Positions 1-8,391 of a stretch of DNA of 64,000 nt are shown piece after piece. A program made the position numbers and the translations under genes. How positions within the stretch are numbered: position 1 is the first letter of the stretch; every line of letters begins with the position of its first letter. The notes under the pieces were generated by a model that worked only from the letters and a program-made list of their open reading frames with translations, made no database searches and had not been told where the DNA came from. The stretch spans positions 57,155 through 121,154 of the forward strand of contig CAWEJF010000013.1 of NCBI GenBank assembly GCA_963809345.1, given 5' to 3'. The DNA is from Candidatus Aminicenantes bacterium (GTDB lineage Bacteria; Acidobacteriota; Aminicenantia; Aminicenantales; Saccharicenantaceae).

Positions 1-1017
1 GCCCGAAACCTTGTCGGTGATGGAGACCGCGAGGCTGTAATCCCCCGCGGGCAGGGCCTTCTTCTCGGTGCTCAATACGGTCCCCTTCTCGTCCAGCTTC
101 TGGAGGGTCTGGAAGAGGGGCAGCGGCTGGTTGATGAGATAGAGATCGTAGGTCTGGGGGGCCCACTTGATGGCCGCTTTGCCGTCCTTGTCCTGGACCT
201 CGAAAGCCACCTCGAGATCAAGGGCCGGCCTCGGAGCCGTGGCGTCCTTGGGGGACGCGCCAAGAACGAAGAAGAGGATCTCGAGGTTCTCGCCGGAACC
301 AAGCACGCAGGCCGCGTTGGTGACGACCTTGGCCGCGCCCCAGGTAAAATAACCCCGGTGGATGGTCGGGCGCTGGTCGGGCTCGACCTGGTCCATGGCC
401 GTCACGAGGATCGGGTCGGTCGGCCAGAGGGCCGTCGCGTGGGACTCAGCCCCCGGCAGGCTGATGTCGGCGTAGCTGATGCTCAGCTTCTTCAGGTCGG
501 GAGAGGTGAGGACCATGGCCAGCGTGTACTGGCCGGCGGGCAGGCCCATCCCGAACGTGTACCAGTCTTCCTTATCGGCGCTGTAATCCGCGCCGTCCGT
601 CTTCAGCACGACTTGGGATCTGCCGCCGAACTTTGTCGGCTTGAGGGTGCCCGTCGCATCCGCCTGGTAAAAGCCGTAGAACGCGTTGAGGGTCGTTTCC
701 ATCTCGCCCGTTCCCGTGGCAGACGGGGCGTAGCCGAGATCGCCATTCTTGGCCTTGAAGAAGAAGATCGGGTAAAGGTTGTCCTGCTGGGCCGGGAGAA
801 TGAGCTGCTTGAAGAAGGTGAAGGCAAAATCCTGCCGCCCCTTGCGGGTGGCCAGTCCTTCTTGCATGACGGCTATGATCTCTTTGGGCATCATCAGGGC
901 CTTTGCCGCGGCCTTGGGTTCTGGTTTCCCCTGGGGCGCCGCCTGCGCGGAAACGGCAAGAACACCGACAACGAAGAGGAGCGCGAGAGCGGCCGCGATT
1001 GTTCTGGAAGCTTTCAT
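1..1017 (-). CDS. Secreted hypothetical protein, 5'-partial in window (N-terminus MKASRTIAAALALLFVVGVLAVSAQAAPQGK...)
   Basis: Hand translation of the minus strand. ATG is the complement of 1015-1017, followed by a signal-peptide-like N-terminus. The ORF stays open to the window edge and is absent from the ORF track because there is no in-window stop. The complementary plus ORF 358..1029 is Arg/Gly-rich junk. Confidence 0.5.
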   Translation of the reverse strand, partial: MKASRTIAAALALLFVVGVLAVSAQAAPQGKPEPKAAAKALMMPKEIIAVMQEGLATRKGRQDFAFTFFKQLILPAQQDNLYPIFFFKAKNGDLGYAPSATGTGEMETTLNAFYGFYQADATGTLKPTKFGGRSQVVLKTDGADYSADKEDWYTFGMGLPAGQYTLAMVLTSPDLKKLSISYADISLPGAESHATALWPTDPILVTAMDQVEPDQRPTIHRGYFTWGAAKVVTNAACVLGSGENLEILFFVLGASPKDATAPRPALDLEVAFEVQDKDGKAAIKWAPQTYDLYLINQPLPLFQTLQKLDEKGTVLSTEKKALPAGDYSLAVSITDKVSG

Positions 1018-1206
1018 TTTTCCTCCTGAAGGTCTCATCTCATTCACTTCCACTTTCCTTTAGAGCAATTCTCATGCCAAGTCATCTGGCAGGAATAATC
1101 GTCCTGCCGGGCAAGTCGGGTGGGGCCTGTAAAGGACTTTTACAGCGTCCCGTCGCCCCTCACACGGCCTTCGGGCGTGGAAAGAGAAGAAGTAATATAT
1201 CAAATT

Positions 1207-2229
1207 TCAACGATTTTTCAATTCCCGGAATTTCTTCACGGCGTCGAGGTGTTCGCCGAGGGTCCGGCTGAAGGTGTGGGACCCGTCGCCCTTGGCGACG
1301 AAGTAGAGAAATCCCGCCGGCGCGGGATGGAGGGCGGCGTCAATGCTTGACCGGCCGGGATTGGAGATGGGCCCGGGAGGCAGCCCCGCGTGGAGGTAGG
1401 TGTTGTAGGGAGAGTCCAGCTTGAGATCGCGGAAGAGCAGCCGTCCCGTGTAGCGGCCCTCGCGCTTGAGGGCGTAGGCGATGGTCGGGTCGCAGTCGAG
1501 CTTCATCCCGATCTTGAGGCGATTGTGGAACACGGCCGAGACCAGTGGTCGCTCGTCGGGGAGGGCCGTCTCCTCTTCGATAAGCGAAGCCAGCGTGACG
1601 ACGTCCCTGACGCTCATCCCGAGCTCGGCGGCCCGACGCCGGTGTTCCTCGTCGAAGACGGTCCGGAATTCCGCGACCATGGCCGCTACGAGATCGGACT
1701 CGGCGACCTGGCGCGGCATGCGATACGTGTTCGGGAAGAGATAGCCTTCGAGGTCCCTGGCCCGGGGGTCCAGGTCGGCAATGGGTCCGACGTCGAGGCA
1801 AGCGCGGAGGAAGGCCGCGGCGCCGTCCGCGTCGCCCGGTCTGAGAAGCGCGGCCATTTCCTGTCCGGTCAGTCCTTCCGGGATGGTGACCGGCTCGAGA
1901 TGGATGCGGCCGCCGAAAATCAGGAGAAGAGCGTCCTTGACGGCGAGCGGCGGCGCGATGAAATATTCGCCGGCCTTGAAGCGCTCGTCGGGATAGAAGA
2001 TCCGGCAGGCGAGCTGGAGGGGGAGCGAGCTGCGGACGATCTCCTCGCCTTTCAGCCGGCGGACGACGCCGCGCGTGCTCCAGCCCTTTTCGACCTTGAA
2101 GAAGACACCTGGCGACCCCGGGGCCGCGGGCGCGGCGAGCTCCCGGACGAGCCAGCCCGCGAACGCCGGGAGGAGGAACACGGCAGCGAGCAGAGCGGTC
2201 TTAACGATCTTCAGGAACATCGCCCGCAC
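1207..2229 (-). CDS. mltG: Endolytic murein transglycosylase MltG (YceG family)
   Basis: 340 aa with an N-terminal TM helix and YceG-like motifs (FFKVEKGWSTRGVVRRL...LDCDPTIAYAL...NTYLHAGLPPGPISNPG). Confidence 0.85.
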   Translation of the reverse strand: MRAMFLKIVKTALLAAVFLLPAFAGWLVRELAAPAAPGSPGVFFKVEKGWSTRGVVRRLKGEEIVRSSLPLQLACRIFYPDERFKAGEYFIAPPLAVKDALLLIFGGRIHLEPVTIPEGLTGQEMAALLRPGDADGAAAFLRACLDVGPIADLDPRARDLEGYLFPNTYRMPRQVAESDLVAAMVAEFRTVFDEEHRRRAAELGMSVRDVVTLASLIEEETALPDERPLVSAVFHNRLKIGMKLDCDPTIAYALKREGRYTGRLLFRDLKLDSPYNTYLHAGLPPGPISNPGRSSIDAALHPAPAGFLYFVAKGDGSHTFSRTLGEHLDAVKKFRELKNR

Positions 2230-2641
2230 TGCGCTTCCGCTCGAGGTAGGTCGAGAGGATGATGACGGCCGCGATCCGGTCTTCCCAGTCCTTCTTTTTC
2301 CGGCCGTGGAGCTTCTCGTCGTCGAGGGTCCTGAGGGCCTGACGCGTCGTCAAGCGCTCATCGATAAGGACGACGGGCTTCCCGACGGCCTTTTCCAGCC
2401 AAGCCGCGAAGGCGCGCGTCTTGTCGGTCCGCGTCCCCGGAGTGCCGTCCATGCGGAGAGGGTTCCCCAGGACGATCTCACCGACGTCCTGCTGGGCGAC
2501 GAGATCCCGGAAATACTGCCGGTCGACGCTGTCCCGGCCGGTGAGCTCATAGGACCCGAACGGCTGGGCCGTGATCATGAGGGGGTCGCTCAAGGCCAGG
2601 CCGATGTGGCGGTCGCCGTAATCGATGCCGAGGACGCGCAT
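2201..2641 (-). CDS. ruvX: Putative pre-16S rRNA nuclease / Holliday junction resolvase-like YqgF (RuvX)
   Basis: MRVLGIDYGDRHIGLALSD... is the RNase H-like YqgF signature. The start overlaps the ddl stop by 1 nt (TGATG). Confidence 0.8.
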   Translation of the reverse strand: MRVLGIDYGDRHIGLALSDPLMITAQPFGSYELTGRDSVDRQYFRDLVAQQDVGEIVLGNPLRMDGTPGTRTDKTRAFAAWLEKAVGKPVVLIDERLTTRQALRTLDDEKLHGRKKKDWEDRIAAVIILSTYLERKRSAGDVPEDR

Positions 2642-3705
2642 CAGCGGCCCCTGTCGACGCACGCTTTCCGCTCCCGATGCCGCTCGAAGCCGAGCGCGAT
2701 CAGGCGCTCGAGCAGCTTCGGGAACGGCAGTCCCGAAGCGGCCCAGAGCTTGGGATACATGCTGATCTCGGTGAATCCCGGGATGGTGTTGATCTCGTTG
2801 ATGTAAAGGCGGTTCGTTCCCTTCTCCAGGAAGAAATCGACGCGGGCCATGCCCGAAGCGGCCAGGGCCTTGAACGCGGCGACGCCGAGCGCGCGGACGC
2901 GGGCCACGATCCGCGGCGGCAGCACGGCCGGGATGGCGAAACGCGTCTTGCCGTCGATGTATTTGTCGTTATAGTCGTAGAATTCCCCGAAGGGAATGAC
3001 CTCGCCGGGAAGGGAGGCCTCGGGCTTCTCGTTGCCGAGAACGCTCAGCTCGAGCTCGCGTCCGGTGATGCCCTTCTCGACGAGGGCGGTCGTGTCGTAG
3101 CGGAAGGCGGTGGCCAGAGCGGCCGGGAGGCCGTCGGGGCGCCCGACCTTGGTGATGCCGACGCTCGATCCGAGGTTGGACGGCTTGACGAATAGCGGCA
3201 GGGGCAGGGAGCGGCGGACGCGACGCAGGACCGCGCCCGGGCCGTCCTGCCAGTCCGATTCCCGGACGGCCTCAAAGGGGACGATGGGCAGGCCGTGATC
3301 GCGGAGGACGGACTTGGCCAGGGCTTTGTCCATACCCAGGGCCGAACCGGTGACCCCGGCCCCGACGTAGGGGACGCCGGCCATCTCGAGCAGGCCCTGG
3401 ACCGTCCCGTCCTCGCCGAAAGGCCCGTGGAGGATCGGGAAATAGATGTCCACCCCGCCTCCAGGGAGGGGCGCCCCGGCTCCCCAGGGCAGGAAGGAGT
3501 AGGCCGGGCCGCTCTCGAGGGCCCCGATGTCCGTCGAGGGGGCCTCGACGGGCTTCCAGAGGCCGCCCCTGGTGATATAGATGGATCGGATGTCGAATTT
3601 CCCCCTGTCCAGGTTCTTATGGACGGCGGCCGCAGAGATCAGGGAGATCTCATGCTCGGCCGACCGGCCCCCGAAGATCAGGACGACGGCTGTTTTTTTT
3701 GACAT
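2641..3705 (-). CDS. ddl: D-alanine--D-alanine ligase
   Basis: MSKKTAVVLIFGGRSAEHEISLISAA...GEDGTVQGLLE...ATP-grasp motifs. Start chosen at MSKK (complement of 3703-3705); the upstream in-frame extension is unlikely. Confidence 0.85.
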   Translation of the reverse strand: MSKKTAVVLIFGGRSAEHEISLISAAAVHKNLDRGKFDIRSIYITRGGLWKPVEAPSTDIGALESGPAYSFLPWGAGAPLPGGGVDIYFPILHGPFGEDGTVQGLLEMAGVPYVGAGVTGSALGMDKALAKSVLRDHGLPIVPFEAVRESDWQDGPGAVLRRVRRSLPLPLFVKPSNLGSSVGITKVGRPDGLPAALATAFRYDTTALVEKGITGRELELSVLGNEKPEASLPGEVIPFGEFYDYNDKYIDGKTRFAIPAVLPPRIVARVRALGVAAFKALAASGMARVDFFLEKGTNRLYINEINTIPGFTEISMYPKLWAASGLPFPKLLERLIALGFERHRERKACVDRGR

Positions 3706-3863
3706 TCGGACGTTCGGCACGACTAACCTTATGGTTTGATTCATATTATTCGAATCGAGGTCAATTGTCCATCGGGAGCGGGTGCTAACTATATGTTGAC
3801 AGCCGCGAGAACCGGTTCGTATAATACCGCCCGGTGGAACTCGATCGACCAAGAGGTGTGACC

Positions 3864-4667
3864 ATGAGTAGAAAACGGGCCTTTTATGCGGGCATCATCC
3901 TCGTCCTCGCCGGCCTGGTCCTGATCGTCCCCGGGCGGCCCTTCGCTCAGGAGGTGCAGGAGAACCAGATCCAGAGGGCGAAGATATTTGCTGAGACCTA
4001 CCAGTTGATCAATGCGTCGGACCTCAACTGCTCGTTCTACATGCATGAGGAAGGCAAGCTCCTCCCCGACATCCAGATCATCGGCGCCGAGCGGATGAAT
4101 GAAAAGAGCGTCTTCGAAGACGGCGACCTCATTTATATCAACAAGGGCGCGGCCGACGGGCTCGAGATAGGCCAGCTGTTCCTCACGGTCGGACTGCGGG
4201 CCAAGGTCGCCAAGCTCGGCACGGTCATGGAGCGCCACGGCCGGGCCCGCATCGTGCGGCTCGACGACCGGATGGCCTCAGCGAGGGTCGAGAAGGGCTG
4301 CGGCACGATCCTCGTCGGCGATTTCCTCCTGCCCTTCGAGGAGGAATCCGGCGAGATCGGCAAGGACCTCGGCTACGGCGACATGGACCCCAACGCCAGC
4401 AAGCATGGCTATGTCGTCTACATCGAGAACGACTTCCACATCTCGGGCTCAGGCCAGTGGGCCTTGATCAACATGGGCCGTCAGCACTGCGTGCAGATCG
4501 GCGACCAGCTCAACATCTTCCACCAGGCCCGCCCGGACCTGCCGCGGGAGGCCTTCGCCAGCGCCATCATCATCGACGTCCGCGGTGCGACCTCGACGAT
4601 CAAGATCCTCGGCGCCCGCGATGCCGTCGACATCGGCGCCGAAGTCCAGATCAACACCGCTCGCTGA
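3864..4667 (+). CDS. Hypothetical membrane-anchored/secreted protein
   Basis: RBS aagagg then ATG at 3864. The N-terminus is a hydrophobic helix (AFYAGIILVLAGLVLIV). Two internally similar G-x-hydrophobic segments are present. No recognisable family. Confidence 0.5.
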   Translation: MSRKRAFYAGIILVLAGLVLIVPGRPFAQEVQENQIQRAKIFAETYQLINASDLNCSFYMHEEGKLLPDIQIIGAERMNEKSVFEDGDLIYINKGAADGLEIGQLFLTVGLRAKVAKLGTVMERHGRARIVRLDDRMASARVEKGCGTILVGDFLLPFEEESGEIGKDLGYGDMDPNASKHGYVVYIENDFHISGSGQWALINMGRQHCVQIGDQLNIFHQARPDLPREAFASAIIIDVRGATSTIKILGARDAVDIGAEVQINTAR

Positions 4668-4752
4668 TCGATCATTCGGGGGCATGCACTCTCCGTGCGT
4701 GTCCCCATTTTTTTGCCTCGGCGGGCAACGCAATAACCCAGGGCGGCGTCGA

Positions 4753-4847
4753 GGCCGCCCATAGGCCCCCGTGATGGAAGGGGGACCCACCGCAGGTGGG
4801 GGAAACCGGATTCGCAGGTTTCCGGGGTGCGGGGGCAAGGGGCGGCC
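4753..4847 (+). repeat. Structured GC-rich repeat element, copy A (core 4765-4836; flanked by a 38-bp perfect inverted repeat 4723-4760 / 4840-4881)
   Basis: Shares the core GCCCCCGTGA..GGGGGACCCNCCGNAGGNGGGGGAAACC(N8-9)GGTTTCCGGGG.GCGGGGGC with copies at 14962-15054, 30602-30700 and 45811-45905 (reverse complement). Paired positions covary between copies. Confidence 0.8.
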
Positions 4848-4962
4848 TCGACGCCGCCCAAAAAGGGTTATTGCGTTGCCCGCAGTAACCTTCATGTGGT
4901 TGACAGCCTATGGCGATTCTGTTAGTTTAGGGCGTGCCGTCCCTCGAGGGAGGGCCGAGCGG

Positions 4963-5037
4963 GCGGGCGTAGTTCAGTGGTAGAACGTCTGCTTGCCATG
5001 CAGAAGGTCGTGGGTTCAAGTCCCATCGCCCGCTCCA
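4963..5037 (+). tRNA. tRNA-Gly (anticodon GCC)
   Basis: Cloverleaf by eye: acceptor GCGGGCG/CGCCCGC, anticodon loop TTGCCAT, T-loop GGTTCAAGTCC, 3' discriminator T then CCA encoded. Confidence 0.85.
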
Positions 5038-5065
5038 ACGATCCGCCCGTAATCATGACGACCCT

Positions 5066-5141
5066 GGCGCGGTACCCAAGTGGCCAAGGGAGAGGTCTGC
5101 AAAACCTTTATTCGTCGGTTCGAGTCCGACCCGCGCCTCCA
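5066..5141 (+). tRNA. tRNA-Cys (anticodon GCA)
   Basis: Acceptor GGCGCGG/CCGCGCC, anticodon loop CTGCAAA, T-loop GGTTCGAGTCC, CCA encoded. Confidence 0.8.
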
Positions 5142-5231
5142 CTTTCCCCCTAAGGCCCCCTCCTGGCCGCTTCATTGACACCCCGCCCGGCGTTGGGCTA
5201 TCATGAGATCAACTTAAGGGAGGAGGGCCCC

Positions 5232-5822
5232 ATGGATATCGTCCAGAGAGTCCAGTCGATCCTTTTGAAGCCCAAGGAAGAGTGGGTCAAGATCAAGGCC
5301 GAACCCACGACCGTGGCCGGGCTGTTCACCTCGTATATCATGATCCTGGCGGCCATCCCCGCCGGCTTCCAGTTCCTCGGCAACGTCCTCGTGGGGCAGC
5401 GCCTGCCGCTCGTCGGCGTTTTCCGCTGGCCGATCGGCCGGGCCATCGGCTCGGCCATACTGACCTATGTCCTCGCCCTGGCCGCCGTCTACATCTTCGC
5501 CTTGGTCGTCAACGAGCTGGCGCCCACCTTCTCCTCGACCAAGCACATGATCAACGCCCTGAAGCTCACCGCCTACAGCATGACGCCCGGCTGGGTCGCC
5601 GGAGTGCTTTACATCGTTCCCGGCCTGTGGGCCCTGAGCCTCGTGGCCAGCCTGTACGGACTCTATCTCCTCTACCTGGGCTTCGACACGCCCATGATGG
5701 AGACGCCCAAGGACAAGATCGTCGGCTACATGATCCTCAGCATCGTCGTGATCGTCGTTCTCTACGTCGTGTTCGGCTGGATCGGCCGGGGGATCTTCGC
5801 GGTCCGCTATGGCCGGCTCTGA
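5232..5822 (+). CDS. Yip1/DUF1282-family membrane protein
   Basis: RBS aagggagga then ATG 5232. MDIVQRVQSILLKPKEEW N-terminus followed by about 5 TM helices, typical of bacterial Yip1-domain proteins. Confidence 0.6.
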   Translation: MDIVQRVQSILLKPKEEWVKIKAEPTTVAGLFTSYIMILAAIPAGFQFLGNVLVGQRLPLVGVFRWPIGRAIGSAILTYVLALAAVYIFALVVNELAPTFSSTKHMINALKLTAYSMTPGWVAGVLYIVPGLWALSLVASLYGLYLLYLGFDTPMMETPKDKIVGYMILSIVVIVVLYVVFGWIGRGIFAVRYGRL

Positions 5823-6532
5823 TCGAGCTCCCCGACGATCCTCAGAAAGGCTTCGTTCGGCGAGGGCGCGCCCGTGATGGGGCGCCCGATGACAAGATAG
5901 TCCGCCCCTTTGGCCACGGCCTCGGCCGGGGTCATGATCCTCTTCTGGTCCTGGGCCGCCGCCCAGACGGGCCGGATCCCCGGCGTGACGATGATGAGCT
6001 CACGCCCGTATTCCTTGCGCAGGACCTCGATCTCCTGGGGCGAGCAGACGACCCCGTCCATGCCCGCGGCCTTGGCCAGACCGGCCAGGCGCAAGACCTG
6101 GGAGGTGACGTCCGAGCTCAAGCCCACCTCTTCGAGGTCGGCGCCTTTAAGGCTGGTGAGGACCGTGACCCCCAGGAGGATGGGCCTGGGGCCCTTGCCG
6201 CCCTCGGCCGCGGCCTTGGCCGCTTCCGCCGCCTTGGCCATCATCTCCCTCCCGCCCGACGTGTGGATGGTCATCATCTGGACGCCGTGCTTGAAGGCCG
6301 AACGGACCGCCCCCGCCACCGTGTTGGGGATGTCGTGGAGCTTGAGGTCGAGGAAGATGTCCTTGCGCAGGGCCTTGAGCTTTCGGAACAGGGCCGGGCC
6401 CTCGGCCGTGAAGAGCTCCAGTCCGACCTTGAACGTCCGGGCGTCCTTGAGCCCGCTGACGAGCGCGATGCCCTCCTCCTTCGTCTGCACATCGAGGGCG
6501 ATGATGATGCGGTCGGCGTTGGCTGGGGTCAT
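5807..6532 (-). CDS. pyrF: Orotidine 5'-phosphate decarboxylase
   Basis: IIIALDV...FLDLKLHDIPNTV...VIGRPI motifs. Start at MTPANADR (complement of 6530-6532). Confidence 0.85.
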   Translation of the reverse strand: MTPANADRIIIALDVQTKEEGIALVSGLKDARTFKVGLELFTAEGPALFRKLKALRKDIFLDLKLHDIPNTVAGAVRSAFKHGVQMMTIHTSGGREMMAKAAEAAKAAAEGGKGPRPILLGVTVLTSLKGADLEEVGLSSDVTSQVLRLAGLAKAAGMDGVVCSPQEIEVLRKEYGRELIIVTPGIRPVWAAAQDQKRIMTPAEAVAKGADYLVIGRPITGAPSPNEAFLRIVGELDQSRP

Positions 6533-6552
6533 GGGGAGGTCCTTTCTTTGAT

Positions 6553-7485
6553 TTAGGAGACTCGGAGCGTCCCGACGACGTCGCGGACGGCCCCGATACC
6601 GTGGGCCTCGCACCAGCGCTCGATCTCGGCGACGATGCGCGCGGCGGCGTCCGGGTCGGCGAAGCTGGCCGTCCCGACCTCGACCGCGGCCGCCCCGGCG
6701 ACGAGGAACTCGAGAGCGTCCGTCCCGGTCATGATACCGCCCATGCCGATGACCGGCACTTTGAGCCGCGAGGCGACCTGGTGGACCATGCGCAGGGCGA
6801 TGGGCTTGATGGCCGGCCCGCTCAGTCCGCCGTAGACGTTGCCGAGCTTAGGCCGGCGCGTCTCGAGGTCGATGGACATGGCCAGGAACGTGTTGACCAG
6901 GGCCACGGCATCGGTCCCGGCCTCCTCCGCCGCCTGGGCGATCTCGATGATGCTGGTGACGTTAGGGGAGAGCTTGGTGACGACGGGACGCCGGCTCACG
7001 GCCTTGATCCTCTTCACGAGGTCGAACGTCCTTTGCGTTGAGAGGGCCGGGCAGGCCCCTTCCTTCTTGACGTTGGGGCAGGAGATGTTGAGCTCGTAGG
7101 CGGCGACGCCCTCCAGCGTATCCAGGAATTTGACGACCGCTTCGTACTCGTCGTCGTCCGCGCCGCAGACGTTGACGATGACCGCCGTATCGATGCGGCG
7201 CAGCCTGGGCAGGACCTGGGCCGCGAACGCTTCGACGCCGACACCTTGGAGGCCGATGGCATTGATGAGGCCTGACGCCGTCTCGACCAGCCGGGGCGGG
7301 GGATTGCCCTCGCGCGGCCCGTAGTAGAGCCCCTTGACGACGATCCCGCCGAGCTTCGCCAGGTCAACATAGGGCTCGTACTCGAGCCCATAGCCAAACG
7401 TGCCGCTGGCGGTGAGGACGGGATTGCGGAGCTTGAGGAAACCCAGGTCCGTGGTGAGGTCGACGCCTCTCGCCGTTACGGCCAT
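6553..7485 (-). CDS. pyrD: Dihydroorotate dehydrogenase, catalytic subunit (class 1B)
   Basis: NPVLTASGTFGYG...VNISCPN...GGIMTGTDALEF motifs. Confidence 0.85.
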   Translation of the reverse strand: MAVTARGVDLTTDLGFLKLRNPVLTASGTFGYGLEYEPYVDLAKLGGIVVKGLYYGPREGNPPPRLVETASGLINAIGLQGVGVEAFAAQVLPRLRRIDTAVIVNVCGADDDEYEAVVKFLDTLEGVAAYELNISCPNVKKEGACPALSTQRTFDLVKRIKAVSRRPVVTKLSPNVTSIIEIAQAAEEAGTDAVALVNTFLAMSIDLETRRPKLGNVYGGLSGPAIKPIALRMVHQVASRLKVPVIGMGGIMTGTDALEFLVAGAAAVEVGTASFADPDAAARIVAEIERWCEAHGIGAVRDVVGTLRVS

Positions 7486-8261
7486 AGGATGCGCTCCCCG
7501 GGGAAGACCGGGCCTTCCTCGCAGATCTTGACCCAGCCGGCCTCGCCCTCGTTCCTGATCCGGTGGACGCAGCCCCAGCAGGCGCCGATGCCGCAGCCCA
7601 TGATGGACTCGAGCGAGAACTCGGCCGGGATGCCGTGCTTGGCGGTGATCGCGGCCAGGGCCTTCATCATCGGGTCCGGCCCGCAGGCGTAGACAATGGC
7701 CGGCTTTTCCCTGGCCAGCTCCAGGCCGGCGAGCTCGGTGACGAATCCGGGGAAGCCGAAGCTGCCGTCATCGGTCGAGCACAAGAATTCGAGGCCCGCC
7801 TCCTCGAACCGGGTCCGGAGGGGGATATCGGCGAGGCACCGTCCGCCGTAGAAGACCACCGGACGTGTCCCGGCCTTGGCCAACTCGCGGGCCAGGAAAT
7901 AGAGCGGGGCGATGCCCCGGCCGCCGCCGACGAGATAGGCCGTCTTCCCTGTCGTGGCCGGGGAGACGGTGAACCCCTTGCCGAGAGGCCCGAGGATGTC
8001 GAGCCTGTCCCCCGGCTTCTTGCGCGACAGGAGCTCCGTGCCCTGCCCGGCGATCTTGAAGAAGAGCTCGATGCCGTCCGGGTTCGCGTCATGGATGCCA
8101 AGGGGGCGGCGGAGAAGGGGAAAAGCGCTGTCGGAAACCCTGACCATGACGAATTGTCCGGGCCGGGCCGTCCGCCCGAGGGCCGGAGCGTCGATCCCGA
8201 ACCGGAAAAATTCGCCCCAGCACTGGACTTCGCGAAGGCGGGCGTCGCGCTCGATCGTCAT
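7476..8261 (-). CDS. pyrK: Dihydroorotate dehydrogenase electron-transfer subunit (FAD/2Fe-2S)
   Basis: MTIERDARL... start, FAD-binding fold, C-terminal CGIGACWGC cluster ligands. Overlaps pyrD by 10 nt. Confidence 0.8.
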   Translation of the reverse strand: MTIERDARLREVQCWGEFFRFGIDAPALGRTARPGQFVMVRVSDSAFPLLRRPLGIHDANPDGIELFFKIAGQGTELLSRKKPGDRLDILGPLGKGFTVSPATTGKTAYLVGGGRGIAPLYFLARELAKAGTRPVVFYGGRCLADIPLRTRFEEAGLEFLCSTDDGSFGFPGFVTELAGLELAREKPAIVYACGPDPMMKALAAITAKHGIPAEFSLESIMGCGIGACWGCVHRIRNEGEAGWVKICEEGPVFPGERILWP

Positions 8262-8391
8262 GGCGGTTCCGGGGCTCGTTTCGCCCCATAAACTAACAGA
8301 AAAGGCCCGATATTGGCAATCGGAATTTCGGGTCCCGCGTCCTCCGGCCGGCTTGACGAGGGGCGATGGAACGTCATATAAACAGGGGGCG

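Noticed and set aside
4771-4983. ORFs beginning MMEGGPTAGGGNRIRRFPGCGGKGR (also at 44861-45886 minus: MMEGGPAGGGGNRIRRFPGRGGQGR), conserved between repeat copies
   Set aside because: The peptide similarity comes from the conserved repeat element. Substitutions between copies are compensatory in RNA/DNA helices rather than synonymous. Copies C and B do not preserve the reading frame. The ORFs extend arbitrarily into unrelated flanks, including over the tRNA.
5282-6556. 424-aa Arg/Pro/Gly-rich ORF on plus strand over pyrF
   Set aside because: Low-complexity Arg-rich translation opposite or overlapping real pyrF. Artefact.
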